A stretch of 64,000 bases of DNA, taken from NCBI GenBank assembly GCA_041484665.1, contig JBGPIA010000004.1:128001-192000 (forward strand). The letters are read 5' to 3'. The position numbers were made by a program, and so were the translations under genes. The notes under the pieces are model-generated. The model ran no database searches, was not told where the DNA came from, and saw only the letters and a program-made list of their open reading frames with translations. Numbering within the stretch: the first letter of the stretch is position 1; the number at the start of each line of letters is the position of its first letter. The DNA comes from Candidatus Krumholzibacteriia bacterium. Lineage in GTDB: Bacteria > Krumholzibacteriota > Krumholzibacteriia > JAJRXK01. Positions 19,736 to 29,301 of the stretch are shown piece after piece.

Positions 19736-20734
19736 CTAGCGCGGGGGCTCCTCGCTGGCCAGCACGGCGCGCGGCGGATCCGCGGCGGCAGTCGCCGGCG
19801 CTGACGGGCGCGGCGGACGGGGCGGATGCGGCGGGCGGGCCGGACGGGCCGCGAGGGCGACGCCTCCGACCACCAGCAGCGTGCCCAGCAACATGCGCAG
19901 GGTCGTGCGCTCGTGCAGCACGAGCGCGCCCACGCCCACCGCGATCAGCGGGGTCAGGTACGCGATCAGCGACAGGCGGGTGGCGGTGACGTAGCGCAGC
20001 AGCCAATAGTAGAGGCTGAAGGTCACCGCCGAGCCGAACAGGGCCAGGTAGAGCACGATCCCCACGGACACGCGGTCGAGGGAGATCGAGCGGTGTCGCT
20101 CCAGCGCCCAGGCCAGGGCCGCCATGACTCCGGCTGCCATGCCCATGGGCACCGCCGAGAGCGACAGCGGGTGGACGTCCTTCCCCCAGCGCTTCACCGA
20201 CACCAGCGATACGGCCGACGCCAGCGGAGAGAGCAGCATCACCCCCGAGGCCCGCGCGACATGCGGACCGCCCAGCAGCGCGAAGTCCTCCGAGAAGATC
20301 ACGGCCACTCCGGTGAACCCAGCAAGCGCACCCGCGATCTGCCACCGCGCCAGGCGCTCCTCCTTGAGGGTGAAGTGGGCGAAGATGGCCACGAACAGCG
20401 GAAAGGTCGCGAAGAGCACTGCGGCGAGTCCCGACGGGACCCACTGCTCGCACCAGTAGACGATCGCGTAGGAGATCCCGAACGAGAAGAAGGCCAGCAC
20501 CAGCCAGAGCATCCGCTCCTGGCGTGTGCGGCCCAGGCGCACGCCCAGCACCCGGCCCGACACCAGCAGGATGGCCGACGCCAGCACGAAGCGCATGGCC
20601 AGCGCGGTGAACGGCGGGATCCCCAACAGCCCGACGCGAACGGCGGCGAACGTCGTTCCCCAGATGAGCACCAGCAGCGCGAAGGTGGCCAGGATCACCA
20701 GGCGCCCCGGAGCGTGCTGCGGCTGGGCGGACAT
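19736..20734 (-). CDS. EamA/DMT family transporter
   Basis: IWGTTF start, about 10 TM helices, duplicated EamA pattern. Confidence 0.92.
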   Translation of the reverse strand: MSAQPQHAPGRLVILATFALLVLIWGTTFAAVRVGLLGIPPFTALAMRFVLASAILLVSGRVLGVRLGRTRQERMLWLVLAFFSFGISYAIVYWCEQWVPSGLAAVLFATFPLFVAIFAHFTLKEERLARWQIAGALAGFTGVAVIFSEDFALLGGPHVARASGVMLLSPLASAVSLVSVKRWGKDVHPLSLSAVPMGMAAGVMAALAWALERHRSISLDRVSVGIVLYLALFGSAVTFSLYYWLLRYVTATRLSLIAYLTPLIAVGVGALVLHERTTLRMLLGTLLVVGGVALAARPARPPHPPRPPRPSAPATAAADPPRAVLASEEPPR

Positions 20735-20836
20735 GCGCGCCAATATAGGGCAGCGCGGCGCGGGGGCCAGGGGCGCGCGGCGCAACTCGCGGCGCCGACA
20801 ACTCGCGGCGCGGACCTTTCGGCCTCCCGACGAGCG

Positions 20837-20845
20837 TGGTACACT
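20837..20845 (+). promoter_or_regulatory. Putative extended -10 element for the M1 peptidase gene
   Basis: TGGTACACT (TGn-TACACT). Confidence 0.45.
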
Positions 20846-20921
20846 TGAAGTGCGATCTCTGCCACACTCGGCCTCCCTCGCGATCGCCCCTCTCCCCTTG
20901 GACACGACCCCTGGAGCCGAC

Positions 20922-23732
20922 ATGTCCGCTCAGCTCGAGCTTCTGCCCGGGACGTCGCGGGCGCTTGCCCTCGCTCGGCGCGCGCGCCACGCAGTCCGCA
21001 CGGCCATGCGGCTGCTCTGCGCGCTGAGCGCGCTGCTGCCGGCCGTGGCCGCGGCGCAGTCCGTCGCGGACGTGGACGACAACCCCGTCCCGCTGCACCG
21101 GCGCGAGGAGGCCGCGCTCAAGGGCGCCGCACTGAGCCGCATGCGCGCCCTGCGCAAGGACGGCGGGCGGTCGGGCGTAATGCCCGCCGCCGTCAGCCCC
21201 AACCAGGCGAGCTACGACGTCACCTGGTACAAACTGGTCCTCGATCTGGATCCCAGCACCCAGATCGTCGCGGGAACGGTCACGATGAGGGCGCGGGTGG
21301 TCAGCGGCCCGCTCAGCGCGGTCGAGCTGGACCTCGACTTGACCATGGCGGTCTCGGCAGCACGAGCGGCCGGCTTGCCCGCCGTCTTCAGCCATCCCGG
21401 CGCGGTGCTCACCGTCAACCTCGACCGCGCCTACGCCACCGGCGAGGCGTTCACGATCGATGTGGACTACGCCGGTACGCCCAATCCGGTCTACGGGTCG
21501 TTCGGCTTCGACACACGCCTCAGCCAGCCTCTGATCTGGAGCTTGAGCGAGCCGTTCGGGGCGCGCGCGTGGTGGCCGTGCAAGGACGATCCATCCGACA
21601 AAGCCGACTCGGTCCGCGTGGTGGCGACCGTCCCGAGCAACCTGATCGTCGCCAGCAACGGCGTGCTGACCGGCACCACGCTGGCCGGCGTCAAGAAGAC
21701 CTACAGCTGGAACCACCGCTACCCGATCGCGGCCTACCTGGTCTCGGTGACGGCCCACCCCTTCACCGTACAGACGGTCAACTACGCGCCGCTGGCGGGG
21801 GGCTCCATGCCGGTGACGGTCTGGAGCTACCCGGACCAGGCCGCCTCGGCCTTCGCGCTGGCGAATACAACCGTGCAGATCCTCGGCGTCTACGCCGCGC
21901 GCTTCGGCGAGTACCCTTTCACCACGGAGAAATACGGCCAGGCCCAATTTCCGTGGGGCGGCGGTATGGAGCACCAGACCTGCACGAGCCTCTGCTGCTG
22001 GGATGCGAACCTGATCTCCCACGAGCTGGGGCACCAGTGGTTCGGCGACGCCGTCACCTGCCGCAGCTTCTCCGACATCTGGCTCAACGAGGGGTTCGCC
22101 ACCTACTGCGAGGCGCTGTGGGACGAGTCCCAGGGCGGCACCGCAGCCTACTGGGCCAATATCCTCGCCGACCGCTACTACGGTAGCGGCACCATCTGGG
22201 TGCCCCCCGCGGATCTGGGGAACTTCAACCGCATCTTCGACGGCAATCTCAGCTACAACAAGGGTGCGTGGGTCCTGCACATGCTGCGCGGCATCGTCGG
22301 TGACACGACGTTCTTCAACATCCTGCGGACCTACGAAGCCAGTCCGACGCTGCGGTACGGCACGGCAACCACGGCCGATCTCCAGGCCGTGGCCGAAACG
22401 GTGAGCGGCCTCGACCTCAGCGACTTTTTCCACGACTGGATCTACGTCCCGTACTGCCCCACGTATTCGCACACGTGGTCGGCGACGCCCAACGGCGGGA
22501 GCTGGAACCTCACGCTGACCATCGAGCAGCTCCAGAGCCAGGAGCTCTACACCATGCCCATCCGGGTGCGGGTCACGACGTTGGCCGGCATCGAGGAGTT
22601 CGTGGTGCAGAACAGCCTCGCATCACAGACCTACGCGCTGACGACGGCAGCGCAGCCGCTTATCGTGGATCTGGACCCCGACCAGTGGATCCTACGCACG
22701 ATCGAGAATCCGATCGGCACTCCGACCTTCCACCGCGGCGTGCTGGTGGTGAACGGCGTGAGCTGGAGCAGCTACGGGGCCGAGATCACCACCGCCTTTC
22801 AGGACAGCGCGTTCAGCGGGCGTTCCCCGTTCAGCTTCTGGGACTGCTTCCCGCCGCCCGCGGGAGGCTACGTGGCGCAAGTGCCCGCACCGCTGGGCAA
22901 CGGCGCGCTGCCGGCCAGCGTGCTGGGGCAGTTCTCCACGGTGATCTGGGTGGGCAACAACTTCGGGGTCGACCTGGACGTGTGGACCAACGCGGCGATC
23001 CTGTCGTACCTGAAGGTGGGCGGAAACGTGCTGCTGTTGGGGCGGCAGGGTCAGGACTTCCTCACGCCGGCTCGCGCGAGCTACCCCGGGATCCGGTGGG
23101 CCGAAAGTCCGACCAACACGATCCAGTCGGCCACGGCGGCCCACCCGGCAATGGTGACCATGTCCCCGCTCGGCCCTCAGACCCTGGTGGCCGTGTTCGA
23201 GACCGGATTCGACCGCAGCGAGAGCACGCTGCTGTTCAGCGAGACGCAGAGCTTCGCCACCACGCGAGCCCTGGGCGTCTGGCGCCATCCGCTGGGTGGG
23301 GGGACGCAGCGGCACAGCGGCGGTCACTTCGCCCACATCGCCGGACGTCCGTACCGCTGGACGCACGCCAGCCTGCGCACGAACATCCAGGCAATCTTGC
23401 AGCAGCTCTTCCACGAGCCGGCCACGCCGACCGCTGCGCCGCCGGCGCTGGTGGGCGTGACGCGCTTGCAGCCGCCCGCGCCCAACCCGTTCAACCCGCG
23501 CGTGGAGGTGCGATTCAGCCTGGCGCGCGCGGGGCGGATGCGGCTTGCGGTCTACGATCTGCGCGGGCGCCTGGTGCGCACGCTGGTGGACGCCGTGCAG
23601 CCCGCCGGCGAGGACGCAGCGGTGTGGGATGGGCTGGATGACGGCGGCGCCGCAGTGGCCTCTGGCGTGTACACGCTGCGGATGGACGCCGCCGGCCAGA
23701 TGCTGCAGCAGAAGGCGACGCTCATCCGCTGA
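20922..23732 (+). CDS. Secreted M1 aminopeptidase with C-terminal FlgD-Ig-like tail
   Basis: GGMEH, HELGHQW, WLNEGFATY, YNKGAWVLHMLR; tail PNPFNP...YDLRGRLVRTL...WDG...SGVY. Alternative start 21007. Confidence 0.92.
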   Translation: MSAQLELLPGTSRALALARRARHAVRTAMRLLCALSALLPAVAAAQSVADVDDNPVPLHRREEAALKGAALSRMRALRKDGGRSGVMPAAVSPNQASYDVTWYKLVLDLDPSTQIVAGTVTMRARVVSGPLSAVELDLDLTMAVSAARAAGLPAVFSHPGAVLTVNLDRAYATGEAFTIDVDYAGTPNPVYGSFGFDTRLSQPLIWSLSEPFGARAWWPCKDDPSDKADSVRVVATVPSNLIVASNGVLTGTTLAGVKKTYSWNHRYPIAAYLVSVTAHPFTVQTVNYAPLAGGSMPVTVWSYPDQAASAFALANTTVQILGVYAARFGEYPFTTEKYGQAQFPWGGGMEHQTCTSLCCWDANLISHELGHQWFGDAVTCRSFSDIWLNEGFATYCEALWDESQGGTAAYWANILADRYYGSGTIWVPPADLGNFNRIFDGNLSYNKGAWVLHMLRGIVGDTTFFNILRTYEASPTLRYGTATTADLQAVAETVSGLDLSDFFHDWIYVPYCPTYSHTWSATPNGGSWNLTLTIEQLQSQELYTMPIRVRVTTLAGIEEFVVQNSLASQTYALTTAAQPLIVDLDPDQWILRTIENPIGTPTFHRGVLVVNGVSWSSYGAEITTAFQDSAFSGRSPFSFWDCFPPPAGGYVAQVPAPLGNGALPASVLGQFSTVIWVGNNFGVDLDVWTNAAILSYLKVGGNVLLLGRQGQDFLTPARASYPGIRWAESPTNTIQSATAAHPAMVTMSPLGPQTLVAVFETGFDRSESTLLFSETQSFATTRALGVWRHPLGGGTQRHSGGHFAHIAGRPYRWTHASLRTNIQAILQQLFHEPATPTAAPPALVGVTRLQPPAPNPFNPRVEVRFSLARAGRMRLAVYDLRGRLVRTLVDAVQPAGEDAAVWDGLDDGGAAVASGVYTLRMDAAGQMLQQKATLIR

Positions 23733-23820
23733 TCCGCCGGAGAGAGAGGCCTGCGAGCCGCTCCGCCCGCCCCGGCGCCCGCCGGCCAGGGCCGCGGGCG
23801 GAAGAGCGTGTCCGCATACG

Positions 23821-25137
23821 CTACGTCCGCGCTTCCTCCGGGGGCTTGACGCGGCGAAACGCTGCGTACAGCAGCACGTCGTAGGTTACCTTCATCCCCG
23901 CGCCGAGCATCAGAGGCGCTCCCAGCGACAGTCCCTGCATGAGCGAGCCCGCGAACGCGGGCGCCACGGCCCACGCGCCCATGCGCACCAGGTGCGTGAC
24001 GCCCGAAGCAAGCACGCGCTCCTGCGGTCGCACGACGGCCATCACGTAGGATTGGCGGGTGGGGACGTCCATCTCGACCAGCCCCTCGCGCAGCAGGAAC
24101 AGCCCTGCCGCCACCGGGAAGCTCGGCGCGATCGCCACGGTGAGCAAGAGGATGCTGGATGGGATGTGCGTGAAGACCATCGTGTTCACCAACCCGATGC
24201 GCCGCGCCAGCCAGGCCGCGCCCAGGTGCGACAGGGCATTCAGAACGCGGGCGCCGAAGAACAGTACGCCGATGCGTGCCTCGCTCACGCCGAAGCGCTG
24301 GTAGAAGTAGTACGACAGCAGTGCCGCCGTGAGGAAGCCCCCGCCCAGGCTGTCGAGCGCGAACAGCGCGCTGATGCGCACGAGGATCCGGCGTGAGGCG
24401 GGCGCCAGCGGCTCGCGCCGCGCGCCCGTTCTGCGGTCCTGCGCGGGGTTATCCTCCACGGAGTCGTCGCCCCCACCATCCTCCCCACCACCCCCCGCGT
24501 TGGCGTGCTCCAAGAGGTCCAGCGAGCCGCCGCGGCGTGCGGGCGCGGTGGGCTCGACCGCCGTAGAGAGCCTCGCGTACAGCGGCACGGGCAGCAGCAA
24601 GAGCAGCGCGTAGACGGCCACGCTGGCGCGGAAACCAGCCAGCTCGCTAAGGCCAGCGGCCCGCTGGAGCAACAGCGGCAGCCCGGCGCCCAGGCTGCCC
24701 AGCGCGTGGCCGGCGTCCTGCACCACGTTGTACCAGGCGAAAGTGCGCGTGCGGTGGGCGTCGTCGGTCGTGGCCGGCAGCACGGCCTGCTCCAGCACGA
24801 GCGCCGCGCCACGGTCGCGCCCCATGCCGTTGACCATCCCGGCGAAGGCCGCCAGGGCGAGCGCCATGGGCTGCGACAGCACTGCGCACGCTGCCCCGCC
24901 GGCCGCGCCCAGCACCGCGAGACCGCTCAGGAACCGGCGGCGGCCCATGCGGTCGGCGCGCAGCATCGCCAGCAGGCTCGCGGACGCGGCGCCAGCCAAC
25001 CCCGCCGTGACGACCCACCCGATTTGCGCGGCCGGCAACCGCAGCTTCGCCAGATACACGCCCAGCAGGACGCCCACCATGGCGGTGGCCAGCGCACGCA
25101 GGAAGGCGCACGTGTACAACCTCCCGCGGTCATCCAC
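23821..25137 (-). CDS. MFS transporter
   Basis: About 12 TM helices; ADRMGRRR motif A; EMDVPTRQSY. Confidence 0.9.
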   Translation of the reverse strand: MDDRGRLYTCAFLRALATAMVGVLLGVYLAKLRLPAAQIGWVVTAGLAGAASASLLAMLRADRMGRRRFLSGLAVLGAAGGAACAVLSQPMALALAAFAGMVNGMGRDRGAALVLEQAVLPATTDDAHRTRTFAWYNVVQDAGHALGSLGAGLPLLLQRAAGLSELAGFRASVAVYALLLLLPVPLYARLSTAVEPTAPARRGGSLDLLEHANAGGGGEDGGGDDSVEDNPAQDRRTGARREPLAPASRRILVRISALFALDSLGGGFLTAALLSYYFYQRFGVSEARIGVLFFGARVLNALSHLGAAWLARRIGLVNTMVFTHIPSSILLLTVAIAPSFPVAAGLFLLREGLVEMDVPTRQSYVMAVVRPQERVLASGVTHLVRMGAWAVAPAFAGSLMQGLSLGAPLMLGAGMKVTYDVLLYAAFRRVKPPEEART

Positions 25138-25224
25138 GGGGACCGGCCCTGCGGTCGAGATCGTCGAGCCGCACGCGTAAGGAGGATGGTGTAGGGTGCG
25201 CTTCGCACCCTCGCACGCCCATCG

Positions 25225-26139
25225 TCAGTGCATCCCGCTCTGCGCGCGCCCCGTCTGGTCGAGGGCCGCGCGAAGCCCCTTGGCCAGCGCATCAGTCGGC
25301 CCCACTCCCCAATAGTGGAGAAAGAGCACGCGCGGCTCCTCGCCGGTCATGTGCTGGTGGATGGCCACCACGTCGATCCCGGCCCCGCGCAACGCCCGCA
25401 GCACCCCTTGCAGCTCGGTTTCGAGCATGGCCACATCGCCGTCGACCACCGCGCGGTCGTCGGTGCCGGCGAATGCTGCCCAGGTGTTCACGCCCATGGC
25501 GCCGCCGATCGGGTGACCGTGCATCCGGGCCAGGCGCCCGAGAACGACCTTGAGCACGCCGTCCTTGAAGGTCCCCTTGGCGCCGAGGATGGCTGCGATG
25601 CGGCCGGGGTCGAGGGTGGACTGCGCGGGATCGACGTCCGCCCGTGGTACCTCGCCCCTGCCGCCGCTGGTTTCTTTGATCTTCGCGAACACCTGGCCAA
25701 CCGCGCCAGCAAGCTGCGCTTGGTCCCCCATGCCGGCGATGTGCATGAACATGACCCTGGGCGTATCCCACAAGAAATGGTTGTGGAGCGCCGTCACGTC
25801 CAGGCCGTTGTCGAGCGCAGCGCTCATGACCGGGTTGACCTGATCCTCGAGCAGCACCAGGTCGCCCATGACCATGGTCTGCTCACCCGCCCGCTGGAAC
25901 GCGGCCCAGCACGTGAGGCCCATCGGTGGAGTCATGCGCACGCCGGCTACGCTCACCGCCAGATCGCCGCGCGGGAGCGAGACCTTGAACACGCCCTCGC
26001 TCTCGTCGAGCTGGCCCTTGGCGGCGGTGAGCTGCTCGATTCGCGCCGCGTCGAGTCCTGCAGCCGAGCCGGTGGACGGGACCTGCGCGTGCGCCGCTGG
26101 CGCCAGCACGCAACACAAAACGATGATCGCGCTCCTCAT
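25225..26139 (-). CDS. Secreted tandem DUF1259/LppY-like protein
   Basis: Signal peptide; two repeats with WAAF...GD...ALHNH/AIHQH...FMH/FLHYW; RBS GAGGAG. Confidence 0.82.
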   Translation of the reverse strand: MRSAIIVLCCVLAPAAHAQVPSTGSAAGLDAARIEQLTAAKGQLDESEGVFKVSLPRGDLAVSVAGVRMTPPMGLTCWAAFQRAGEQTMVMGDLVLLEDQVNPVMSAALDNGLDVTALHNHFLWDTPRVMFMHIAGMGDQAQLAGAVGQVFAKIKETSGGRGEVPRADVDPAQSTLDPGRIAAILGAKGTFKDGVLKVVLGRLARMHGHPIGGAMGVNTWAAFAGTDDRAVVDGDVAMLETELQGVLRALRGAGIDVVAIHQHMTGEEPRVLFLHYWGVGPTDALAKGLRAALDQTGRAQSGMH

Positions 26140-26237
26140 CAGGACTCCTCGTGTGGGGTATGCTGCATTGCACTGCCCGGCATGCCACATCCGCGGCACG
26201 CGGGCGGAGCCGCGTGGCCGCGCCGTCTGCAGCGACC

Positions 26238-27161
26238 TTACAGCGCCACCTCGCGGCCCAGGAAGAAGCCCTCCTCGCCCTGTGCCTGATACAGGGGCAA
26301 GAGCAGCACCCCATCCAGAGGTGCGCGCACCTCGCCGGTGCGATCGTGCGCCAGGAGCTGGCCGCGGCGGACGCGCTCGATGTTGGAGAACCCCGGCTCC
26401 ATGCGGAACGCGTCCTGCGGAGCGATGGCGTAGCGGGCGTGGACCTCGATCAGGCGCGGCCGCCCGGCGCGGGCTTGCTCGAGCAGGGCCTGATGGCGAG
26501 GCAGGTCCTCTACCAGCTGCGGCTCGAGCAGGCCAGCGACCGTGGCGGCGGCCCACAGCACGGCCTCGTGCCGATCCACGGAATCCGGGCTCTCGTTCTG
26601 CCCCGCCTCCACTCCCAGGCACGTGCAGCCCCGGCGGCGCATGGACTCCAGCAGCACACCGTGCACCTGCTCCAGCAGGCCGACGATCACCGTCAGCGGC
26701 AGGCGCAGGGCGAGGTCGTCCGGACGCGCCGCCCGGGCGATCATCGAGAACGGGATCCCATCGGCAGAGGTGGTGTGCAGGTCGAGGAAGGTCACCGGTC
26801 CGCGGGCCCCCTCCAGAGCCACGTCGAGCTCGGTGAGCAGCTCGGCCTGCTCGTGCTCCTCCGGCACAGCGTCCGCGGCCAGGGACCGCGCTCGCAGCCG
26901 GTGCAGCTGGGCGTCGGTCCAGCGGCGGTTGAGGTCCTCGTGGAGGTAGCGGCGCCCCTGCGCCAGCGCGCGCACGTTGCCGCGCAACGCCAGGAAGTCG
27001 CCCTGCATACGGCCAGCCAGCTCCGCCAGGCGGGGCTGCACGCGCTCGGCCGCGCGCACGCCCGCGGGCTCGTTGCCGTGGATGCCGGCGACCACCAGGA
27101 GCAGCGGGCCGGGCTGCGCGCCGCGCACGCGGCCGATCACGCGGGCAGGCTCCCCTGCCAC
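26238..27161 (-). CDS. Succinylglutamate desuccinylase/aspartoacylase (M14-like) hydrolase
   Basis: GIHGNE, DLNR, LDLHT, VEAG motifs; GTG start 1 nt after the upstream stop. Confidence 0.9.
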   Translation of the reverse strand: MAGEPARVIGRVRGAQPGPLLLVVAGIHGNEPAGVRAAERVQPRLAELAGRMQGDFLALRGNVRALAQGRRYLHEDLNRRWTDAQLHRLRARSLAADAVPEEHEQAELLTELDVALEGARGPVTFLDLHTTSADGIPFSMIARAARPDDLALRLPLTVIVGLLEQVHGVLLESMRRRGCTCLGVEAGQNESPDSVDRHEAVLWAAATVAGLLEPQLVEDLPRHQALLEQARAGRPRLIEVHARYAIAPQDAFRMEPGFSNIERVRRGQLLAHDRTGEVRAPLDGVLLLPLYQAQGEEGFFLGREVAL

Positions 27162-27162
27162 G

Positions 27163-29082
27163 TCAGTCCTGCTCCCGCAGCTTCTGCTCGAGGAGCTCGC
27201 GGGCGATGTCCATGAAGTCGTCCTCGGTGACGATCCCCACCAGGCGCCCGTCGTGCACCACCGGCAAGCAGCCGATGCGGTGTTTGCGCAACAACGCGAT
27301 CGCCTCCAGGGTCGGCGTGTCGGGAGTGACCGTGATGAGGTCGCGCTTCATGACCTCGGCCACCGCAAGCGATGTGCCGTCCGCTGCGTGGCGGTCGTGC
27401 GCCAGGACGCGCAGCACGTGGCGGTACGACATCAGACCCACCAGCCGGTGCTCATGGTCCTCCACGGGGATGTGGCGGATGCGTTCCCACTCCATCAGGT
27501 TCGCCGCCAGGTCGATGGGCTCGTCCTCGCGCACGGTGTACAGATCGGTGGTCATGAACTGCTCGACGGTACAGTAGTTGTGCTGCCAGCCGCCTGCCTC
27601 CTCCAGACGCGCCGGCTCCCACTCGGCCACCGACTGCCCCGCCTTCTGCCGCGCGATCGTGGCGGCGGTCAAGGCGTTCAGGCGCTCGCCGAGCGTGCCT
27701 TGGTCTTTCATGGTGGCCAGCGAGTGCATGAGCCAGCGCGAGCCCGACTTGCCCCGGCGGACGCGTCGCTCGATCACCTCCAGGTAGCGTCGGACATCCT
27801 CGCCGTCGATCCCGCGGCGTTCCAGCGCCTCCTCGCACTGGGGTAGCAAGTGGTCGAGGATCAGGTGGCTGACCGGCAGCTCCTTGCCCTCCAGCCAGGT
27901 CATCTGCGCGCTGAGGCCCTGGCGCGCCGCGGCCACGAAGTTCATCTGGGCGTGCTCGAACTCCATCACTGCGGTGATGTCCGGGTAGCGGTCCGAGAGG
28001 GCGCTCATCATGCCGTACCAGAAAGTGGCGTTGGCCAGCTCGTCCACGACGCTGGGGCCGGCGGGCATCACCCGATTCTCGATGCGCAGGTGCGGCTTGC
28101 CGTCCAGGATGCCGTAGCACGGACGGTTCCAGCGATAGACCGTTCCGTTGTGCAGCCGCAGCGCTTTCAGCTCCGGCGCGATGCCCCGGTTCAGCTTGAT
28201 GAAGGGATCCTCATCCGGCTCGGTGCCGATCAGCGTGCGGAAGCGCGCAACGTCCTCGCGGTAGAGCTCCAGCACCGACTCGCGCACCCAGCGGCTGCCG
28301 AACGTCACGCGCGGGCTGCTCTCGCGCATGTGGAGGCTGGTGGTGCGCGTGTCCACGGCCTGTTGGAACAATGCGATGCGCGTCTCGGCCCACAGCCGCT
28401 TGCCGAACAGGAGCGGCGAGTTGGTCGCCACGGCCAAGACCGGCGCGGTCGCCACCTGGGCGACGTTGTACAGGTTTGCGAACTCGTGGGCGGCCACCTG
28501 GAAGTGGAGCTGGAAACTGGTGTTGGCCGCCTCGACCATTGCGGAGTCGTGGCGCAGCAATAACTCGTCGATTCCCTTGATGTGGAACTCGTAGTTGCTA
28601 CCGCGCAGCTTGGTGAGGGCGTCGTTGATGGCCTGGTAGCGCGGCTTGGGGGTCATGTTGTCCAGCGTGAGGTCCGACTTGCGGATCGTGGGCAGGATGC
28701 CCGTCAGGGCGATCTCCAGGCCGATCGCCTGGGCGGCCGCGCGCGCCTTGGCGATGAACCCGTCCAGCTGGCGCTCCATGCGGCGGAGGCAGTCGCCGCC
28801 GAACACGCTGGGATCAATGTTGACCTCCAGGTTGAAGAGCCCGAACTCGGTGACGAAGTGCGGGTCGTCGAGCTGCTCGAGCATCTGGAGGGCGGCCGGT
28901 GCAGGTCGCCAGCCGCGGTCGACCAGGAACATCTCCTGCTCGGCGCCGATGCGCCGCACCCCCGACTCGATCATGCCGTCGCGGATCATCTGCTCCAGCG
29001 CGCGCAGCTCGTTGAGCAGGCGGCGCATGAATTGGCGCCGGCCCTCGCCCTCGAACCGGGTGTCGACCTCTTGGGGTTTCAT
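27163..29082 (-). CDS. Glutamate-cysteine-ligase (GCS2)-like carboxylate-amine ligase fused to a CBS pair
   Basis: IGAEQE, TEFGLFNLE, SFQLHFQ, NSP, ETRI, YRWNRPCY, LRIENR; C-terminal CBS motifs IRHIPV and IGCLPVV. Confidence 0.88.
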   Translation of the reverse strand: MKPQEVDTRFEGEGRRQFMRRLLNELRALEQMIRDGMIESGVRRIGAEQEMFLVDRGWRPAPAALQMLEQLDDPHFVTEFGLFNLEVNIDPSVFGGDCLRRMERQLDGFIAKARAAAQAIGLEIALTGILPTIRKSDLTLDNMTPKPRYQAINDALTKLRGSNYEFHIKGIDELLLRHDSAMVEAANTSFQLHFQVAAHEFANLYNVAQVATAPVLAVATNSPLLFGKRLWAETRIALFQQAVDTRTTSLHMRESSPRVTFGSRWVRESVLELYREDVARFRTLIGTEPDEDPFIKLNRGIAPELKALRLHNGTVYRWNRPCYGILDGKPHLRIENRVMPAGPSVVDELANATFWYGMMSALSDRYPDITAVMEFEHAQMNFVAAARQGLSAQMTWLEGKELPVSHLILDHLLPQCEEALERRGIDGEDVRRYLEVIERRVRRGKSGSRWLMHSLATMKDQGTLGERLNALTAATIARQKAGQSVAEWEPARLEEAGGWQHNYCTVEQFMTTDLYTVREDEPIDLAANLMEWERIRHIPVEDHEHRLVGLMSYRHVLRVLAHDRHAADGTSLAVAEVMKRDLITVTPDTPTLEAIALLRKHRIGCLPVVHDGRLVGIVTEDDFMDIARELLEQKLREQD

Positions 29083-29116
29083 GCGGGGGACTCGCGTGGG
29101 GGGGACGCGGCATCCT

Positions 29117-29156
29117 ATTGAAAATCAATCGTATACGCCGGGCGCGGAAGGTTCAA
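29117..29156 (-). promoter_or_regulatory. Sigma70 promoter of the GCS2-CBS/M14 pair with an overlapping palindrome
   Basis: TTGAAC (29156-29151), 17 nt, TACGAT (29133-29128); ATTGA-AAA-TCAAT at 29117-29129. Confidence 0.6.
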
Positions 29157-29220
29157 GAGCGGAGAGTCGCAGAGCGTGCCAGGCCCTGCACGCAAGCTCT
29201 GCGCGCCGGCGCAGGCCAGC

Positions 29221-29288
29221 GCCGGTGCGGGCAGGTGCGGACAGGTGCGGGCCGACGCGCGCCGAGCCGGCCGGTGCGGGCAGGTGGG
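29221..29288. repeat. Short intergenic 10-bp tandem repeats
   Basis: gccggtgcgg gcaggtgcgg acaggtgcgg at 29221-29250, partly re-copied near 29270. Confidence 0.55.
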
Positions 29289-29301
29289 CCGCGCCGCGCG
29301 T

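Noticed and set aside
18867..22472. 1201-aa minus-strand ORF as a large NYN fusion
   Set aside because: Only the last 266 codons are real (ATG 19667 with RBS); the rest overlaps the M1 and EamA genes.
26140..26200. Sigma54 promoter (TGGCA...TGC) upstream of DUF1259
   Set aside because: GG-to-GC spacing does not fit -24/-12.
29117..29129. FNR box
   Set aside because: TTGA-N5-TCAA is one base short of canonical spacing; kept only as a generic palindrome.
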